A stretch of 64,000 nt of DNA from an uncultured Bifidobacteriaceae bacterium. GTDB taxonomy: Bacteria; Verrucomicrobiota; Verrucomicrobiia; Limisphaerales; UBA11358. Of this stretch, positions 28,948 through 40,870 are shown one piece after another. The notes beneath the pieces were generated by a model that saw nothing but the letters and a program-made list of their open reading frames with translations, was not told where the DNA came from and did no database searches. The position numbers and the translations under genes are program-made. Within the stretch, counting starts at the first letter, position 1. Each line of letters begins with the position of its first letter. The stretch is taken from contig CAZHIM010000014.1 in NCBI GenBank assembly GCA_964532525.1, positions 19,552 through 83,551 of the forward strand, given 5' to 3'.

Positions 28948-30126
28948 TCACGCCAGTCCCCGCTCCTTCAATTGGGCCAGCGTCCACTGGTATTCGGCGG
29001 CCAGTTGCGTCACCACGTCTTGCGATTTCAGGTTGGGTGGCAGCACCTCCCAGGTGTAGGTCTCCATTTCCAGATGGGAGCAAAGCTGCGGGTTCTGGGC
29101 GAGCAGATCCAGGACGCCCAGCAGATGATCGTTGGTGTTCTCAAAGGGCGGCGCCGCCGGGGCGTGCAGCGGCACATGGAAATGAATCCGCCATTCGGGC
29201 AGCTCCGCCGGGTCCGGCCCGTAGGCGGAGCGCGCGTGCGCCAGAGCCTCCGGCAAATCGGAGAAAATCATCCGGCTCCCGGCCGGGTCGCGGGCCACGA
29301 CCTGGTGCAAATAGATGTCGTCGGCAAAGCCGCGCAGGGTCTCGCGGGCCTCCGGGGTGGGCACGACCTTGAGGGCGGAGCTGAGTTGGAGCTTGCTGAT
29401 CTTGATGCCGTTATTGGCCAGGCAGGCCAGCGCGTTCAGCGGTTCCTCGAACTCCACGGCAAAATGGCAGGTGTCGTAATTGACGCCCAGATACTGGGCC
29501 AGCCGCTCATCGTGGGGATGCTCGGCGCGCAGGCGGTCGAAGAGTTGCAGGGTTTCGCCGCTGCTTTCGAGCTGGCACAGCGGCTCGGGCTCCAGCCCCA
29601 AATGCATTTTGCGTCCGGTCCGGGTGTGGAGCAGGGCGATGTGTTCCACGCAGCGCCAGAAATTTTGCCGGATCGTTTTCAAGGCGTCGGGCGACGGGTA
29701 GAATTCCTTGAACGTGCCGGGCAGCGTGCTCACGCTGCCTTCCAAGCCGGGGGGCAGCAACTCGGCCAGCAGGTCAAACAGCAGATTGGTGTAGGCCAGC
29801 CGCTCGGGCACCACCCAATCCGGACTGTAAACGTGCTCCTTGACGCGGGTCCCGTGGAATTGGCCGTAGGGGAAACCGTTGAGGGTGAAAACGTAGCAGG
29901 AGTTTTGGCCCAGCCAGCGCCGGAAATCCTGCAGCCGGGTGCGCTCGTTCAATTCCATGGCCGCCCGCTGGCTCAGGCGCAGGCCGATGCCAAACGGCTT
30001 TTGGGGACAGACCTCCTGGCGCACGGCCAGCGTGTAATTTTGGAGGGAAAAAAACGTCTCTTCCCAGCTCTCGCCCCGGTGAATATTGGTGCAATAGGCG
30101 AGCTGAAGCGAATGGTTTAATTGCAT
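28948..30126 (-). CDS. eboE: Xylose-isomerase-like TIM-barrel protein, EboE-like
   Basis: The ATG at 30126 gives MQLNHSLQLAYCTNIHRGESWEETF...FGIGLRLS...YVFTLNGFPYGQFHGTRVKEHVYSPDW. This matches my recollection of the EboE family signature. The track ORF extension to 30318 looks artefactual. Confidence 0.6.
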   Translation of the reverse strand: MQLNHSLQLAYCTNIHRGESWEETFFSLQNYTLAVRQEVCPQKPFGIGLRLSQRAAMELNERTRLQDFRRWLGQNSCYVFTLNGFPYGQFHGTRVKEHVYSPDWVVPERLAYTNLLFDLLAELLPPGLEGSVSTLPGTFKEFYPSPDALKTIRQNFWRCVEHIALLHTRTGRKMHLGLEPEPLCQLESSGETLQLFDRLRAEHPHDERLAQYLGVNYDTCHFAVEFEEPLNALACLANNGIKISKLQLSSALKVVPTPEARETLRGFADDIYLHQVVARDPAGSRMIFSDLPEALAHARSAYGPDPAELPEWRIHFHVPLHAPAAPPFENTNDHLLGVLDLLAQNPQLCSHLEMETYTWEVLPPNLKSQDVVTQLAAEYQWTLAQLKERGLA

Positions 30127-30808
30127 GACCCCTGCCCCTAACATGCGCCCAAATTGGCGAATTGCAAGTGCCGCGAAGTCATCGCGCCCTGATCGGCGCG
30201 GGGCACCAGGTGGATTTGCGGCGTTTTGACGAGGGCGCGCACGACGGCCGCCAGGCGGTTGCGCGGACTGAAATTCGCGGGGGGCAGCATCCAATACTTT
30301 GTGGGCAAACTCACGCAAAAGTTTCAGTTCCTGGCGGCGTCCGGGCTGGCCGGATCAGGGTGGCGGTTTCAGCAAAGCCGGTTTGCTGGCCGGCAAACTT
30401 ACTTTGCAGACACGAGTTGGTCCGGGGGGCATGGACTCCAATAAGTTGCTGAAAATGAACGATTTTTGCGCTCAGGAACCGTTTGGCATGTTCCCCGCTA
30501 ACCATCCGAACAGGTTGGCAGCCCCTGGCGATTATTCGCCCCCGGTGGCGGCACGATGTCCCGGGGCAGGGGTAGATTGGAAAAGCCGCTTGATTTTGCG
30601 ATGTGGTTGGCTACGGTCATCAATCGCGTGTGGCAGAATTCCCGGTTCCGGGACTTCCGGACCCTGGCCTAATTGCGAACATGAAATTTGGTTATTTTAA
30701 CGAATGGAAATGAACATGTCAGATCCGATATCGCAGTCTGTCTCTTCCCATGCCCAGCGGGAAACGAGTGCCGTCCTAGCGCGAATATTTTCCAGGCAAT
30801 CTTGTAGC

Positions 30809-30922
30809 GCAGACTTCCAAGTCTGCTGTGGCGCGGGTTTCCAAACCCGCAGCCGCCACGCCATGGCGACACCCTGCCGATTTGGAAATCGGCGATACAG
30901 CAGGTTGGGAAACCCGCGCTAC
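30809..30922. repeat. REP-like element (family A): four consecutive ~18-nt palindromes
   Basis: gcagacttccaagtctgc (30809-30826), gcgggtttccaaacccgc (30833-30850), gccgatttggaaatcggc (30876-30893), gcaggttgggaaacccgc (30900-30917). Confidence 0.7.
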
Positions 30923-32269
30923 GCCGGTGTTGCCCTCCTCCGTCAATGCAACCATGAAATATCCCGGCTGGCGGCCCGTGGGCGCCAGCCGTGGGCCTGG
31001 CTCGTGGTGCTGCTGGTCCTGGCGCTGGCCGGTTGCAAACCGAACACCGCGGCTCAGCCGTCGGCGGCGGGGGGCGGCCGCGGCGGGGCCTCCGGGCCGA
31101 TCATGATCAGCACCGCGACGGCGACCAACGGGAGCATCGGCATTTATGTGAACGCGCTGGGCGTGGTGACGCCGCTGCAAACGGTGTCCATCAACAGCCG
31201 CGTGCAGGGCCAGATCGTGGCCGTGCGCTACACCGAAGGCCAGCAGGTGAAGGTGGGCGACCCGCTGATTGAAATTGATCCCGGTCCCAGCCAGGCGGCA
31301 CTCACCCAGGCCGAGGGGCAGCTCAAACGGGATCAGGCCATTCTGGCGGATGCCCGGCTGGATTTGCAGCGCTATCAGGAAGCCTACGCCAGCAACGCCA
31401 TTCCCAAGCAGCAGCTCGATACGCAAGTCGCCGCCGTGGAACAGAACGAAGGCACGGTGAAACTGGACCAGGGCCTGTTGGACAACGCCCGGGTGCAGCT
31501 CGCCTATTGCCACATCACCGCCCCGATATCGGGACGCGTGGGTTTGCGGTTGGTGGACGTGGGCAACATGGTGCAGGCCAACAGCACGACGCCCCTGGTG
31601 GTGATCGCCCAGTTGCAGCCGATCACCGTGATTTTCAACGTGGCGGAAGACGACCTGCCGCGGATTCTCACGCAATTGCGCGCCGGCAAGCAGCTCCCGG
31701 TGGACGCCTTTGATCGCGCGCAAACGCGGAAGCTCGCCGCCGGCATGCTGGAAACCCTGGACAACCAGATTGACCCCGCCAGCGGCACGGTCAAGTTCCG
31801 GGCCGTTTTCACCAACGATGACGAGGCGCTGTTCCCCAACCAGTTCGTCAACGCCCGGCTGCTGGTGCGGACGCTGGACCACGCCACGCTGCTGCCGAAC
31901 TCCGCCATTCAGCGCAACGCCGACGGCGCGTTCGTGTACGTGGTCAAGACCGGCCCCGCCGACGCCTCGCAGACGAACCAGGCGGGCGGCGAGGTGGCCG
32001 CCACCAACTCCCCCGCGGGTGCCGGCGGCCAGCATCCCGCCACGCCCGGCACCGTCACCATGCAAACGATCACCCCGGGCACCACCGACGGAATAGTCAC
32101 GGCCGTGGAGGGGATTGACCCGGGCACGGTCGTGGCGGCGGATAATTTCAACCGGCTGACGGACGGCGCCAAAGTGGCTGTGCGGCCGGGCGCCGCCGCC
32201 CCGGGCAGCGGCGCGCCGGCGGGCGCGGGCCAGGGCGGTCATCATCACAAAAGTCCGCCGTCACAATGA
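30863..32269 (+). CDS. mdtA: RND efflux periplasmic adaptor (MdtA-like)
   Basis: Lipobox LALAGC, then barrel-sandwich/coiled-coil hairpin pattern ([39 protein letters not shown]...RLDLQRYQ). The start is uncertain: the only in-frame ATG (30863) lies inside the REP element. Confidence 0.85.
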   Translation: MATPCRFGNRRYSRLGNPRYAGVALLRQCNHEISRLAARGRQPWAWLVVLLVLALAGCKPNTAAQPSAAGGGRGGASGPIMISTATATNGSIGIYVNALGVVTPLQTVSINSRVQGQIVAVRYTEGQQVKVGDPLIEIDPGPSQAALTQAEGQLKRDQAILADARLDLQRYQEAYASNAIPKQQLDTQVAAVEQNEGTVKLDQGLLDNARVQLAYCHITAPISGRVGLRLVDVGNMVQANSTTPLVVIAQLQPITVIFNVAEDDLPRILTQLRAGKQLPVDAFDRAQTRKLAAGMLETLDNQIDPASGTVKFRAVFTNDDEALFPNQFVNARLLVRTLDHATLLPNSAIQRNADGAFVYVVKTGPADASQTNQAGGEVAATNSPAGAGGQHPATPGTVTMQTITPGTTDGIVTAVEGIDPGTVVAADNFNRLTDGAKVAVRPGAAAPGSGAPAGAGQGGHHHKSPPSQ

Positions 32270-35200
32270 GTCCTTCCCGTCCATTCATTTTGCGGCCGGT
32301 GGCGACGTCGCTCCTGATGGCCGCCATCTTTTTGACGGGCGTCATCGCCTACGAGTTGCTGGCCGTTTCGGCCCTGCCGGAAGTGGATTATCCCACCATC
32401 CAGGTGGTGACCTTCTATCCCGGCGCCAGCCCGGATGTCTCGGCGTCGGCGATCACCGCCCCGCTGGAGCGCCAGTTCGGCGAATTGCCGGGCCTGAACC
32501 AGATGACTTCGATCAGTTCCGGCGGCAGCTCGATCATCACCCTGCAATTCGTGCTGAATCTGAACATTGACGTGGCCGAGCAGGAGGTGCAGGCGGCCAT
32601 CAACGCGGCCCAGACCTACCTGCCCAACGACCTGCCCTCACCGCCCATTTACAGCAAATCCAATCCGGCCGACGCGCCGATCATGACGCTGGCCGTCACC
32701 TCGAAGGCGCTGCCCCTGTCGCAGGTCGAGGATTACACGGACACGCGGATGGCCCAGAAGATTTCGCAGGTGTCGGGCGTGGGCTTGGTGACCATCAGCG
32801 GCGGCCAAAAGCCCGCCGTGCGCGTGCAGGTGAACCCCACCCAGTTGCTCGCCTACGGCATCAGCCTGGACAATCTCCGCACCACGCTCCAGTCCGCCAG
32901 CGTGAACCAGGCCAAGGGCAATTTCGACGGCCCGCACCAGGCTTACGAGATCAACGCCAACGACCAGTTGCTCAGCAGCAAGGATTATCAATCGCTCGTG
33001 GTGGCCTACCGCAACGGCGCCCCGGTGATGCTCTCGGACGTGGCCCAGGTGGTGGACGATGTTGAGAACACCAAGCTGGCCGCGTGGAAGAACGAAACCC
33101 CGGCGGTCATCGTGAATATTCAGCGTCAGCCCGGCGCCAACATCATCCAGGTGGTGGACCGGGTGAAGAAGCTGCTGCCGCAATTGAAAGCCAACCTGCC
33201 GGCTTCGATGGACGTCAGCATCCTCACCGACCGCACGACGACCATCCGCGCCTCGGTGCGCGACGTGCAATTCTCGCTGGCGCTCACCGTGGCCCTGGTG
33301 GTGATGGTCATCTTCATATTTTTGCGCAACGTCTCCGCCACGATCATTCCCAGCGTGGCGGTGCCGCTGTCGCTGGTGGGCACGCTGGGCGTCATGTATC
33401 TGCTGGGCTTCAGCCTGAACAATCTCACGCTCATGGCGCTGACCATCTCCACCGGCTTCGTGGTGGACGATGCCATCGTGATGATCGAAAACATTTTTCG
33501 CTACATCGAACAGGGCGAGAAGCCCCTCGCCGCGGCCCTGAAGGGCGCCGAGCAGATCGGGTTTACGATCATCTCGCTGACCATCTCGCTGATCGCCGGG
33601 TTGATCCCGCTGCTGTTCATGGGGGACATCGTGGGCCGGCTGTTCCGCGAGTTCGCGGTGACGCTGAGCGTGACCATCCTCGTCTCCGCCTGCGTGTCGC
33701 TCACGCTCACGCCGATGATGTGCGCGCGGCTGCTCAAGGCCAAGGGCGAGCGCAAACCCGGCCGGCTTTTTCAGGCTTCCGAGCGCGTTTTCAACGGCGT
33801 CATCGCGCGCTACGGCACCACGCTCCAATGGGTCTTCAAACGCCAGACGGCCACCCTGCTGGTGGCGGTGGGCACGCTCGCCTTGACGGTGCTGCTGTAC
33901 CTCCTGGTGCCCAAGGGATTCTTTCCCGTGCAGGACACGGGCGTGATCCAGGGCATTTCGGAGGCGGACGAAAGCGTGTCGTTCACCGCCATGGCCGAAC
34001 GGCAGCAGGCGCTCGCCCAGGTCATCCTCAAGGACCCCGCCGTGGAGAGCATTTCCTCCTTCATCGGCGCCGACGGCATCAACACCACACTCAACAGCGG
34101 ACGCATTCTGATCAACCTCAAGCCGCTGGCGGAAAGAAAAACCAGCGCCAGCGACGTCATCCGCCGGTTGCAGCCCGAGCTGGCCAGGGTGGACGGCATC
34201 ATGTTGTTCATGCAGCCGGTGCAGGACCTCACCGTGGAGGACCGCGTCAGCTCCACCGAGTACCAGTACACGCTGGAGGACGCCAACGCCGATGAATTGA
34301 ACCTGTGGACGACGCGGCTGGTGGAAAAAATGCAGGCCATGCCCGAACTGCGCGACGTGGCCACCGACCAGCAAATCCACGGCCAGCAGGCCATCCTGGT
34401 GATTGACCGTGTGACCGCCTCGCGCCTGGGCATCACGCCCGCGGCCATTGACAATGCGCTCTACGACGCCTTTGGCCAGCGGCAGATCTCCACCTTGTTC
34501 ACGCAGTTGAACCAGTATCACGTCATCCTCGAGGCCCTGCCGGATTTCCAGCGCAATCCGGCCAAGCTGAACGATATCTACGTGCCCGCCACCTCCGGCA
34601 CGGCGGTGCCGTTGAGCGCCTTCACCCATTTTGAATCCGGCACCACGCCGCTGTCCGTGAATCACCAGGGCCAGTTTCCGGCGGTGACGATTTCGTTCAA
34701 CCTCGCCCCCGGCGCGGCGCTGGGGCAGGCGACCAAGGCCATCGAGAAGGCGCAAAAGGACCTCAACATGCCCGCCAGCGTCCAGGCCTCCTTCCAAGGC
34801 ACCGCCCAGGCGTTTATCGCGTCCCTCACCAACGAGCCGCTGCTCATCCTGGCGGCCATCGTCACCATCTATATCGTTCTGGGCGTCCTCTACGAAAGTT
34901 ACATTCATCCCATCACGATCCTTTCCACCCTGCCGTCCGCCGGCATGGGCGCCATTCTGGCGTTGTTCATCACCGGCACGGAACTGGGCGTGGTGGCCCT
35001 GATCGGCATCATCCTGCTGATTGGCATCGTGCAGAAGAACGCGATCATGATGATTGATTTCGCGCTCGACCTGGAGCGCAAGCAGGGCAAGCCGCCCGAG
35101 GAGGCGATTTACCAAGCGTGCCTGCTCCGGTTCCGGCCCATTTTGATGACCACGTTCGCGGCGTTGTTCGGCGGCCTGCCGCTCGCGCTGGGCCAGGGCG

Positions 35201-35391
35201 TGGGGTCCGAGCTCCGCAAGCCCCTGGGCATCGCCATCGTGGGCGGCTTGATCGTCAGCCAGGTGCTGACCTTGTACACGACGCCGGTGATTTATCTTTT
35301 CTTCGGCCGGCTGGCCCGGAAGCTCTCCGGCGCCTCCGCGCCGGCGGCGGCGGGTGCCGCGCCGGCCATGCCGGCCACGGAGCGCCCATGA
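32266..35391 (+). CDS. mdtB: RND multidrug efflux permease (MdtB-like)
   Basis: [56 protein letters not shown]... 12-TM RND architecture. ATGA overlap with the adaptor gene. Confidence 0.9.
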   Translation: MSPSRPFILRPVATSLLMAAIFLTGVIAYELLAVSALPEVDYPTIQVVTFYPGASPDVSASAITAPLERQFGELPGLNQMTSISSGGSSIITLQFVLNLNIDVAEQEVQAAINAAQTYLPNDLPSPPIYSKSNPADAPIMTLAVTSKALPLSQVEDYTDTRMAQKISQVSGVGLVTISGGQKPAVRVQVNPTQLLAYGISLDNLRTTLQSASVNQAKGNFDGPHQAYEINANDQLLSSKDYQSLVVAYRNGAPVMLSDVAQVVDDVENTKLAAWKNETPAVIVNIQRQPGANIIQVVDRVKKLLPQLKANLPASMDVSILTDRTTTIRASVRDVQFSLALTVALVVMVIFIFLRNVSATIIPSVAVPLSLVGTLGVMYLLGFSLNNLTLMALTISTGFVVDDAIVMIENIFRYIEQGEKPLAAALKGAEQIGFTIISLTISLIAGLIPLLFMGDIVGRLFREFAVTLSVTILVSACVSLTLTPMMCARLLKAKGERKPGRLFQASERVFNGVIARYGTTLQWVFKRQTATLLVAVGTLALTVLLYLLVPKGFFPVQDTGVIQGISEADESVSFTAMAERQQALAQVILKDPAVESISSFIGADGINTTLNSGRILINLKPLAERKTSASDVIRRLQPELARVDGIMLFMQPVQDLTVEDRVSSTEYQYTLEDANADELNLWTTRLVEKMQAMPELRDVATDQQIHGQQAILVIDRVTASRLGITPAAIDNALYDAFGQRQISTLFTQLNQYHVILEALPDFQRNPAKLNDIYVPATSGTAVPLSAFTHFESGTTPLSVNHQGQFPAVTISFNLAPGAALGQATKAIEKAQKDLNMPASVQASFQGTAQAFIASLTNEPLLILAAIVTIYIVLGVLYESYIHPITILSTLPSAGMGAILALFITGTELGVVALIGIILLIGIVQKNAIMMIDFALDLERKQGKPPEEAIYQACLLRFRPILMTTFAALFGGLPLALGQGVGSELRKPLGIAIVGGLIVSQVLTLYTTPVIYLFFGRLARKLSGASAPAAAGAAPAMPATERP

Positions 35392-38300
35392 ACATTTCGG
35401 CGCCATTCATCCGCCGGGCCGTGGGCACGTCCCTGCTCACCGCGGCCATCGCGCTGGCGGGGGCGGTGGCGTACCTGCAACTGCCCGTGGCCCCGCTGCC
35501 CCAGGTGGATTTCCCCACCATCAGCGTGGGGGCCTCCCTGCCCGGCGCCAGCCCGGAAATCATGGCGTCCTCCGTCGCCGCGCCCTTGGAACGCCAGCTT
35601 GGCCACATCGCCGGTGTCAACGAGATGACGTCCTCGTCCGTCCTCGGCGCCACCGGCATCACGCTCCAGTTTGACCTGACCCGGGACATCAACGGCGCCG
35701 CGCGCGACGTCGAGGCCGCCATCAACGCCGCCCGGGCCTATCTGCCCGCCAACCTCCCGTCCAACCCCACCTACCGCAAGGTCAATCCCGCCGACGCGCC
35801 CATCATGATCCTCGCGCTGACCTCGGACATCTACGATCGCGGCCAGCTTTACGATGACGCCTCCACCATCATCCAGCAGCGCCTGTTGCAAATCCAGGGC
35901 GTGGGGCAGGTGACCGTCGGCGGCGGCGCCCTGCCGGCGGTGCGCGTGGAAGTGGACCCCACCCTGTTGAACAGCTTCGGCCTGAGCCTCACGGACGTCG
36001 CCAACACGCTCAAACTGCAAAACGCCAATCTCGCCAAGGGCCAGTTGTCCGATGGCAAGACCACCGCGGACATCGCCGCCAACGACCAGTTGCTGCACGC
36101 CGTGGACTACCGGCCGCTGGTCGTCGCCTATCACAACGGCGCGCCCGTGCGGCTCTCGGACGTGGCCAAGGTGGGGGACGGGGTGGAAAACAACCGCACC
36201 GCCGGCTTTCTGAACGGCAAGCCGGCCATTCCGCTGATCATTTTCCGCGAGCCGGGCGCGAACATCATTGACACCGTGGACCGCATCAAGGCGGCGCTGC
36301 CCTCCCTCACGGCCTCCATCCCCGCCGGCGTCGTTTGCAGCATCGTGCTCGACCGCACCACCACCATCCGCGCCTCCGTCCAGGAAATTGAACGGACCCT
36401 GATGATCTCGATCATCCTGGTCATCTTCGTGGTGTTCCTGTTCCTGCGCAGCCCGCGCGCCACGCTCATCCCGGCCATCGTCGTCCCGGTCTCCCTGATC
36501 GGCACCTTCGGCGTCATGTACCTGTGCGGCTACAGCGTGGACAATTTGTCGCTCATGGCGCTGACCATTTCCACCGGTTTCGTGGTGGACGATGCCATCG
36601 TGGTGATTGAAAACGTTTCCCGCCACCTGGAAATGGGCATGAAGCCCGTGGACGCCGCGCTCAAGGGCGCGGGCGAGGTGGGGTTCACCGTGCTGTCCAT
36701 CAGCGTTTCGCTGGTGGTGGTCTTCATTCCGCTGCTGCTCATGGGCGGCATCGTCGGCCGCCTGTTCCGCGAATTCGCGGTCGTGCTGTGCACGGCCATC
36801 CTCATCTCGCTGGTGGTCTCCCTCACCACCACCGCCATGATGTGCTCGCGCCTGCTGCGGCACCGCCGGCCGGAGGAACACGGCAAGATCTATCGGGCCA
36901 GCGAAAGTGTCTTCAACGCCATCCTGGGCTGGTACGAACGCAGCCTGCGCGTGGTGCTCCGCCATCCCGCCATCACGCTCACCGTCCTGGGCGCCACCGT
37001 GGCGGTGAACATCGTCCTCTTCCTGATGGTGCCCAAGGGGTTTTTCCCGCAGCAGGACAACGGCACGGCCATGGGCGGCATCCAGGGCTCGCAGGATGCC
37101 TCCTTCCTGTCCATGCAGGCGGCGGCCGGCCGCTTCTCCAACCTTGTCAAAAGTGATCCGGCCGTGGACAACGTCATCACCTTCACCGGCGGCAACGGCG
37201 CCGCCAACAGCGGCTTCGTCTTCGTTTCCCTGAAGCCGCTCGCGGAGCGCAAAATCCGCTCCGACCAGGTCATCGCCCGCCTGCGTCCGACGCTGACCAA
37301 GGTCTCCGGCGCCTCCGTGTTCATGCAGCCCGGGCAGGATTTGCGCATTGGCGGCCGGCAAAGCAGCGCACAGTACCAATACACCATCCAGAGCGACAAC
37401 CTGGCCGACCTGGTGAAATGGGGCCCCGTGCTGCTGCAACAGATGCGCAAGCTGCACGGCTTCACCGAGGTGAACACTGACCAGCAAAACGACGGTCTCC
37501 AGGCCTCGCTGGTTTATGACCGGGCCACCGCCGCGCGGCTGGGCGTTTCCTCGCAGACCCTGGACAGCACGCTCTATGACGCCTTCGGCCAGGCCCAGGT
37601 CTCCATCATGTACACCGCCATGAACCAGTATCACGTGGTGATGGAGGCCGCGCCGCAATTCTGGCAGGGGCCGCAGGGCTTGGACGCGATCTACCTGCAC
37701 GCCACCAACCGCGCCGCCATGGTGCCGCTCTCGGCCGTGGCCCATTACGAGCCCACCACCGCCCCCATCGCCGTGAACCATCAGGGCCAGTTCCCGGCGG
37801 TCACCATCTCCTTCAACCTCACCCCGGGCATGTCTCTGAGCGATGCCGTCAAGGCGATCAACCAGATGGAACAGGACATCAAAATGCCCAACACCATCCA
37901 CGCCAATTTCTCCGGCACCTTGCAGGCGTTCCAGGATTCGCTTTCCAGCGAGCCGCTCCTCATCCTGGCCGCCCTGGTGGCGGTGTACATCGTCCTGGGC
38001 ATCCTCTATGAAAGTTTCATCCATCCGCTCACCATTATATCCACCCTCCCGTCGGCCGGCGTGGGCGCGGTGCTGGCGTTGATGATCGCCAGCAAGCTGT
38101 CTGTGGCCTGCGGGGGACAGCAGATTGACCTGAGCATCATCGCCATCATCGGCATCCTGCTGCTCATCGGCATTGTCAAAAAGAACGCCATCATGATGGT
38201 GGATTTCGCCCTGTCGGCCGAGCGCGAGCGGGGCATGAGTTCGCGCGATGCCATCTTCGAAGCCTGTCTGCTGCGGTTCCGGCCCATCTTGATGACCACC

Positions 38301-38531
38301 ATGTCCGCCATTTTCGGCGCGCTGCCGCTCATCCTCAGCGGCGCCACCGGTTCCGAGCTCCGCCGCCCGCTGGGCATCACCATCGTCGGCGGCCTCATCA
38401 TGAGCCAGGCGCTGACGCTGTTCACCACACCCGTCGTCTATCTCTACCTGGACCGCTGGCGCGTCCTTTGGGGGGAGAAGCATCCCCAAAAAGTCACCGC
38501 CGCCATGCTGCCCGGGATCGCACCCAATTGA
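35388..38531 (+). CDS. mdtC: RND multidrug efflux permease (MdtC-like)
   Basis: The internal ATG at 35388 gives [47 protein letters not shown]... ATGA overlap with mdtB. The track start at 35118 lies inside mdtB. Confidence 0.9.
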   Translation: MNISAPFIRRAVGTSLLTAAIALAGAVAYLQLPVAPLPQVDFPTISVGASLPGASPEIMASSVAAPLERQLGHIAGVNEMTSSSVLGATGITLQFDLTRDINGAARDVEAAINAARAYLPANLPSNPTYRKVNPADAPIMILALTSDIYDRGQLYDDASTIIQQRLLQIQGVGQVTVGGGALPAVRVEVDPTLLNSFGLSLTDVANTLKLQNANLAKGQLSDGKTTADIAANDQLLHAVDYRPLVVAYHNGAPVRLSDVAKVGDGVENNRTAGFLNGKPAIPLIIFREPGANIIDTVDRIKAALPSLTASIPAGVVCSIVLDRTTTIRASVQEIERTLMISIILVIFVVFLFLRSPRATLIPAIVVPVSLIGTFGVMYLCGYSVDNLSLMALTISTGFVVDDAIVVIENVSRHLEMGMKPVDAALKGAGEVGFTVLSISVSLVVVFIPLLLMGGIVGRLFREFAVVLCTAILISLVVSLTTTAMMCSRLLRHRRPEEHGKIYRASESVFNAILGWYERSLRVVLRHPAITLTVLGATVAVNIVLFLMVPKGFFPQQDNGTAMGGIQGSQDASFLSMQAAAGRFSNLVKSDPAVDNVITFTGGNGAANSGFVFVSLKPLAERKIRSDQVIARLRPTLTKVSGASVFMQPGQDLRIGGRQSSAQYQYTIQSDNLADLVKWGPVLLQQMRKLHGFTEVNTDQQNDGLQASLVYDRATAARLGVSSQTLDSTLYDAFGQAQVSIMYTAMNQYHVVMEAAPQFWQGPQGLDAIYLHATNRAAMVPLSAVAHYEPTTAPIAVNHQGQFPAVTISFNLTPGMSLSDAVKAINQMEQDIKMPNTIHANFSGTLQAFQDSLSSEPLLILAALVAVYIVLGILYESFIHPLTIISTLPSAGVGAVLALMIASKLSVACGGQQIDLSIIAIIGILLLIGIVKKNAIMMVDFALSAERERGMSSRDAIFEACLLRFRPILMTTMSAIFGALPLILSGATGSELRRPLGITIVGGLIMSQALTLFTTPVVYLYLDRWRVLWGEKHPQKVTAAMLPGIAPN

Positions 38532-38541
38532 ACGAATTGAT

Positions 38542-40068
38542 TTGATGAATACCGACCTGTCATCCCACCGTGGAGCGCGCCGATCCGGGCGTGCCGGTCT
38601 GCCCGCCCTCGCCCTGGCCGCCGCCGCCGGCACCCTGTTCGCCGGCTGCAACTTCGCGCCCAAGTACACCAAGCCCCTGGTGGAAACACCCGCCGCCTTC
38701 AAGGAAATGACCCCTGCCGAGGCCAAACTGACCGCCGGCTGGAAAGCCGCCGAGCCCCGGGACGACGCCCTGCGCGGCAAATGGTGGGAGATGTTCGACC
38801 AGCCGGAGCTCAACGCTCTGGAGGAGCAGGTCACCGTCACCAACAACCAGACCCTGGCCGCCGCGCTCCAGAACTTCCTCGTGGCCCGCGACATCATGAA
38901 GGAGACCCGCACCGAGCTTGCGCCCACCGTCTCGGCTAACCCCAACGTCACCGTCTCGCGCTCCAATTTGCAGTTCCCCGGTGCCGCCGGCGGCTCCGGC
39001 AGTTCCACCGTCGGCCGGCGGATCACCTCATATTCGCTGCCGTTGGACGCCTCGTGGCAGCCGGATTTCTGGGGCAGCATCCGCAACGCCGTCAATGCCA
39101 ATGCCCTCGAAGCCCAGGCCACCTTGGGCGACCTCGAAAACATGCGCCTGACGATTCAAGGCGCGCTGGCCGCCGATTATTTCCAGCTCCGCGAGCTCGA
39201 TTCACAAAAGGCGCTGCTGGACGCCACCGTCGGCGCCTACCGCGATTCCCTGAACCTCACTCTCGTGCTTCACAAAACCGGCATCGCCTCCGACCAGGAC
39301 GTGGCGCAGGCGGAAACCCAGGTGAACACCACCCTCGCGCAGGACACCGACCTGGGCATCCAGCGCGCGCAGTTGGAGCACGCCATTGCCACCCTGCTGG
39401 GCAAACCGGCTTCGGAATTCTCCCTGGCCACCAACACCCTTTCGGCCAAACCCATCCCCATTCCCTATGGCGTTCCCTCCGCCCTGCTCGAACGCCGGCC
39501 GGACATCGCCGCCGCCGAACGCCGCGTGGCCGAAGCCAACGCCCAGATCGGCGTGGCCCGCTCCGCCTTCTTTCCCACCATCACCCTCAGCGGCGAATTG
39601 GGCCTCAATGGCGAACACATCGGCAGCCTCTCCTCCGGCCCCGCCCTCCTCTGGTCGCTCGGCGCGGCCGCTTCGGAAACCTTGTTCGACGCCGGCCGGC
39701 GCCAGTATGTCACCAAACAGGCCTGGGCGGCTTACCGCCAACAGGTGGCCAACTACCGCCAGACCGTGCTCACCGCTTTCCAGGGCGTGGAAGACAATCT
39801 CGCCGCCCTGCGCATTCTTTCCCAGGAGCTCAAACAGCAGGATGACGCCGTGGCCTCTTCGCAGCGTTATCTCAATCTCGCCAAGGACCGCTATCGTCTG
39901 GGCATTGACAGCTATCTCAACGTGATCACGGCCCAGACCACCCTGCTGGCCAACCAGCGCACCGAGCTGACCCTCAAAGGCGAGCAAATCACCGACAGTG
40001 TGCAATTGATCGAAGACCTCGGCGGCAGTTGGAACGGTTCCCTGACGGCGACCACGGTGGCGCGGTGA
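38542..40068 (+). CDS. RND efflux outer-membrane lipoprotein, NodT family
   Basis: Lipobox LFAGC and duplicated OEP repeats (DFWGSIRN...; RPDIAAAERRVAEANAQIGVARSAFFPTITLSG). Confidence 0.9.
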   Translation: MMNTDLSSHRGARRSGRAGLPALALAAAAGTLFAGCNFAPKYTKPLVETPAAFKEMTPAEAKLTAGWKAAEPRDDALRGKWWEMFDQPELNALEEQVTVTNNQTLAAALQNFLVARDIMKETRTELAPTVSANPNVTVSRSNLQFPGAAGGSGSSTVGRRITSYSLPLDASWQPDFWGSIRNAVNANALEAQATLGDLENMRLTIQGALAADYFQLRELDSQKALLDATVGAYRDSLNLTLVLHKTGIASDQDVAQAETQVNTTLAQDTDLGIQRAQLEHAIATLLGKPASEFSLATNTLSAKPIPIPYGVPSALLERRPDIAAAERRVAEANAQIGVARSAFFPTITLSGELGLNGEHIGSLSSGPALLWSLGAAASETLFDAGRRQYVTKQAWAAYRQQVANYRQTVLTAFQGVEDNLAALRILSQELKQQDDAVASSQRYLNLAKDRYRLGIDSYLNVITAQTTLLANQRTELTLKGEQITDSVQLIEDLGGSWNGSLTATTVAR

Positions 40069-40080
40069 GTGGGACTGGAG

Positions 40081-40174
40081 CGCGGGCTTCAGTCCGCTTC
40101 AGCGTGCAAAGCTCAAGCGGGCTGGGCAGGTCACGGGCCTCGTGTTTTTGGATATCGAAGCGGGCTGAAGCCCG
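40081..40174. repeat. REP-like element (family C): two self-palindromic arms in inverted orientation
   Basis: gcgggcttcagtccgcttc (40081-40099) and gaagcgggctgaagcccgc (40156-40174). Lies directly after the efflux operon stop. Confidence 0.6.
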
Positions 40175-40714
40175 CGGGCCGTCGCCGTATTGTGCGAGCC
40201 GCAATAAGAATCAGGCCACTACGCCGCGGCTGTGCCGGCGTCCGCCGCTTTGCTGGGGCGGAGCAAGCGCTTTCCGTCGGCCTCCAGATTGGGGCGGGCG
40301 GACTTGGCGCACCGGCACCCGAAACGTCGTCGTGCTGAACTGGCTCAACTCCAACGTCTGTCTGGGCGGGCGCTCGTCGCGCCGGTGATGGTTGCTTTTC
40401 TTCATTGCGGTTGCTTCGGCGCTTTCACCGGCCAATTATTTCACCAGGGAAGCGCCTGCTGCTGCGGCCGACACCCGTCCGCGAACCCGCCGGCGGCTGG
40501 AGGCCTTGCCCGGACCCATAGCGAGGAGTGTGCCAGATTTTCCGCCCGCGTTTTTTGGGGAATTGTGATTTTTCCGTCCCGCCGGGCGCGGCAGAAAGCA
40601 AAGCCGCTTTGCCGGAATGCTAACTTGCTTTACACCTCCCCCGGCCAGCCTCTCAAAAAGCCGCGCCGGGCCGCGTTTTTTCGCACCTTCCGGGCCTCGC
40701 CAACGCACGGAATT

Positions 40715-40730
40715 TGGCACGTCAGTTGCA
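40715..40730 (+). promoter_or_regulatory. Sigma-54 (-24/-12) promoter
   Basis: TGGCACGTCAGTTGCA matches the TGGCACG-N4-TTGCW consensus at every specified position. It lies ~140 nt upstream of the lipoprotein ATG, and an NtrC-family activator is encoded in the same gene string. Confidence 0.7.
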
Positions 40731-40870
40731 TGATAATGACCATCGGGAACGGCCGGTTTTAACGGCTGGTCCGGCCGGGCGGCCACGGGGCAGGGGACTC
40801 GTTCGGAGAAAAGAAGTTGCGCCAGATTTATTGCAAGACTTGAGGACGTGGATGGTAATATATATTGCGT

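Noticed and set aside
30484-30499. Sigma-54-like TGGCATgttccccGCt upstream of the efflux operon
   Set aside because: The GG and GC invariants are correctly spaced, but the -12 region (CCGCT) is a poor match. The site lies ~370 nt from the adaptor ATG, and chance occurrence in GC-rich DNA is plausible.
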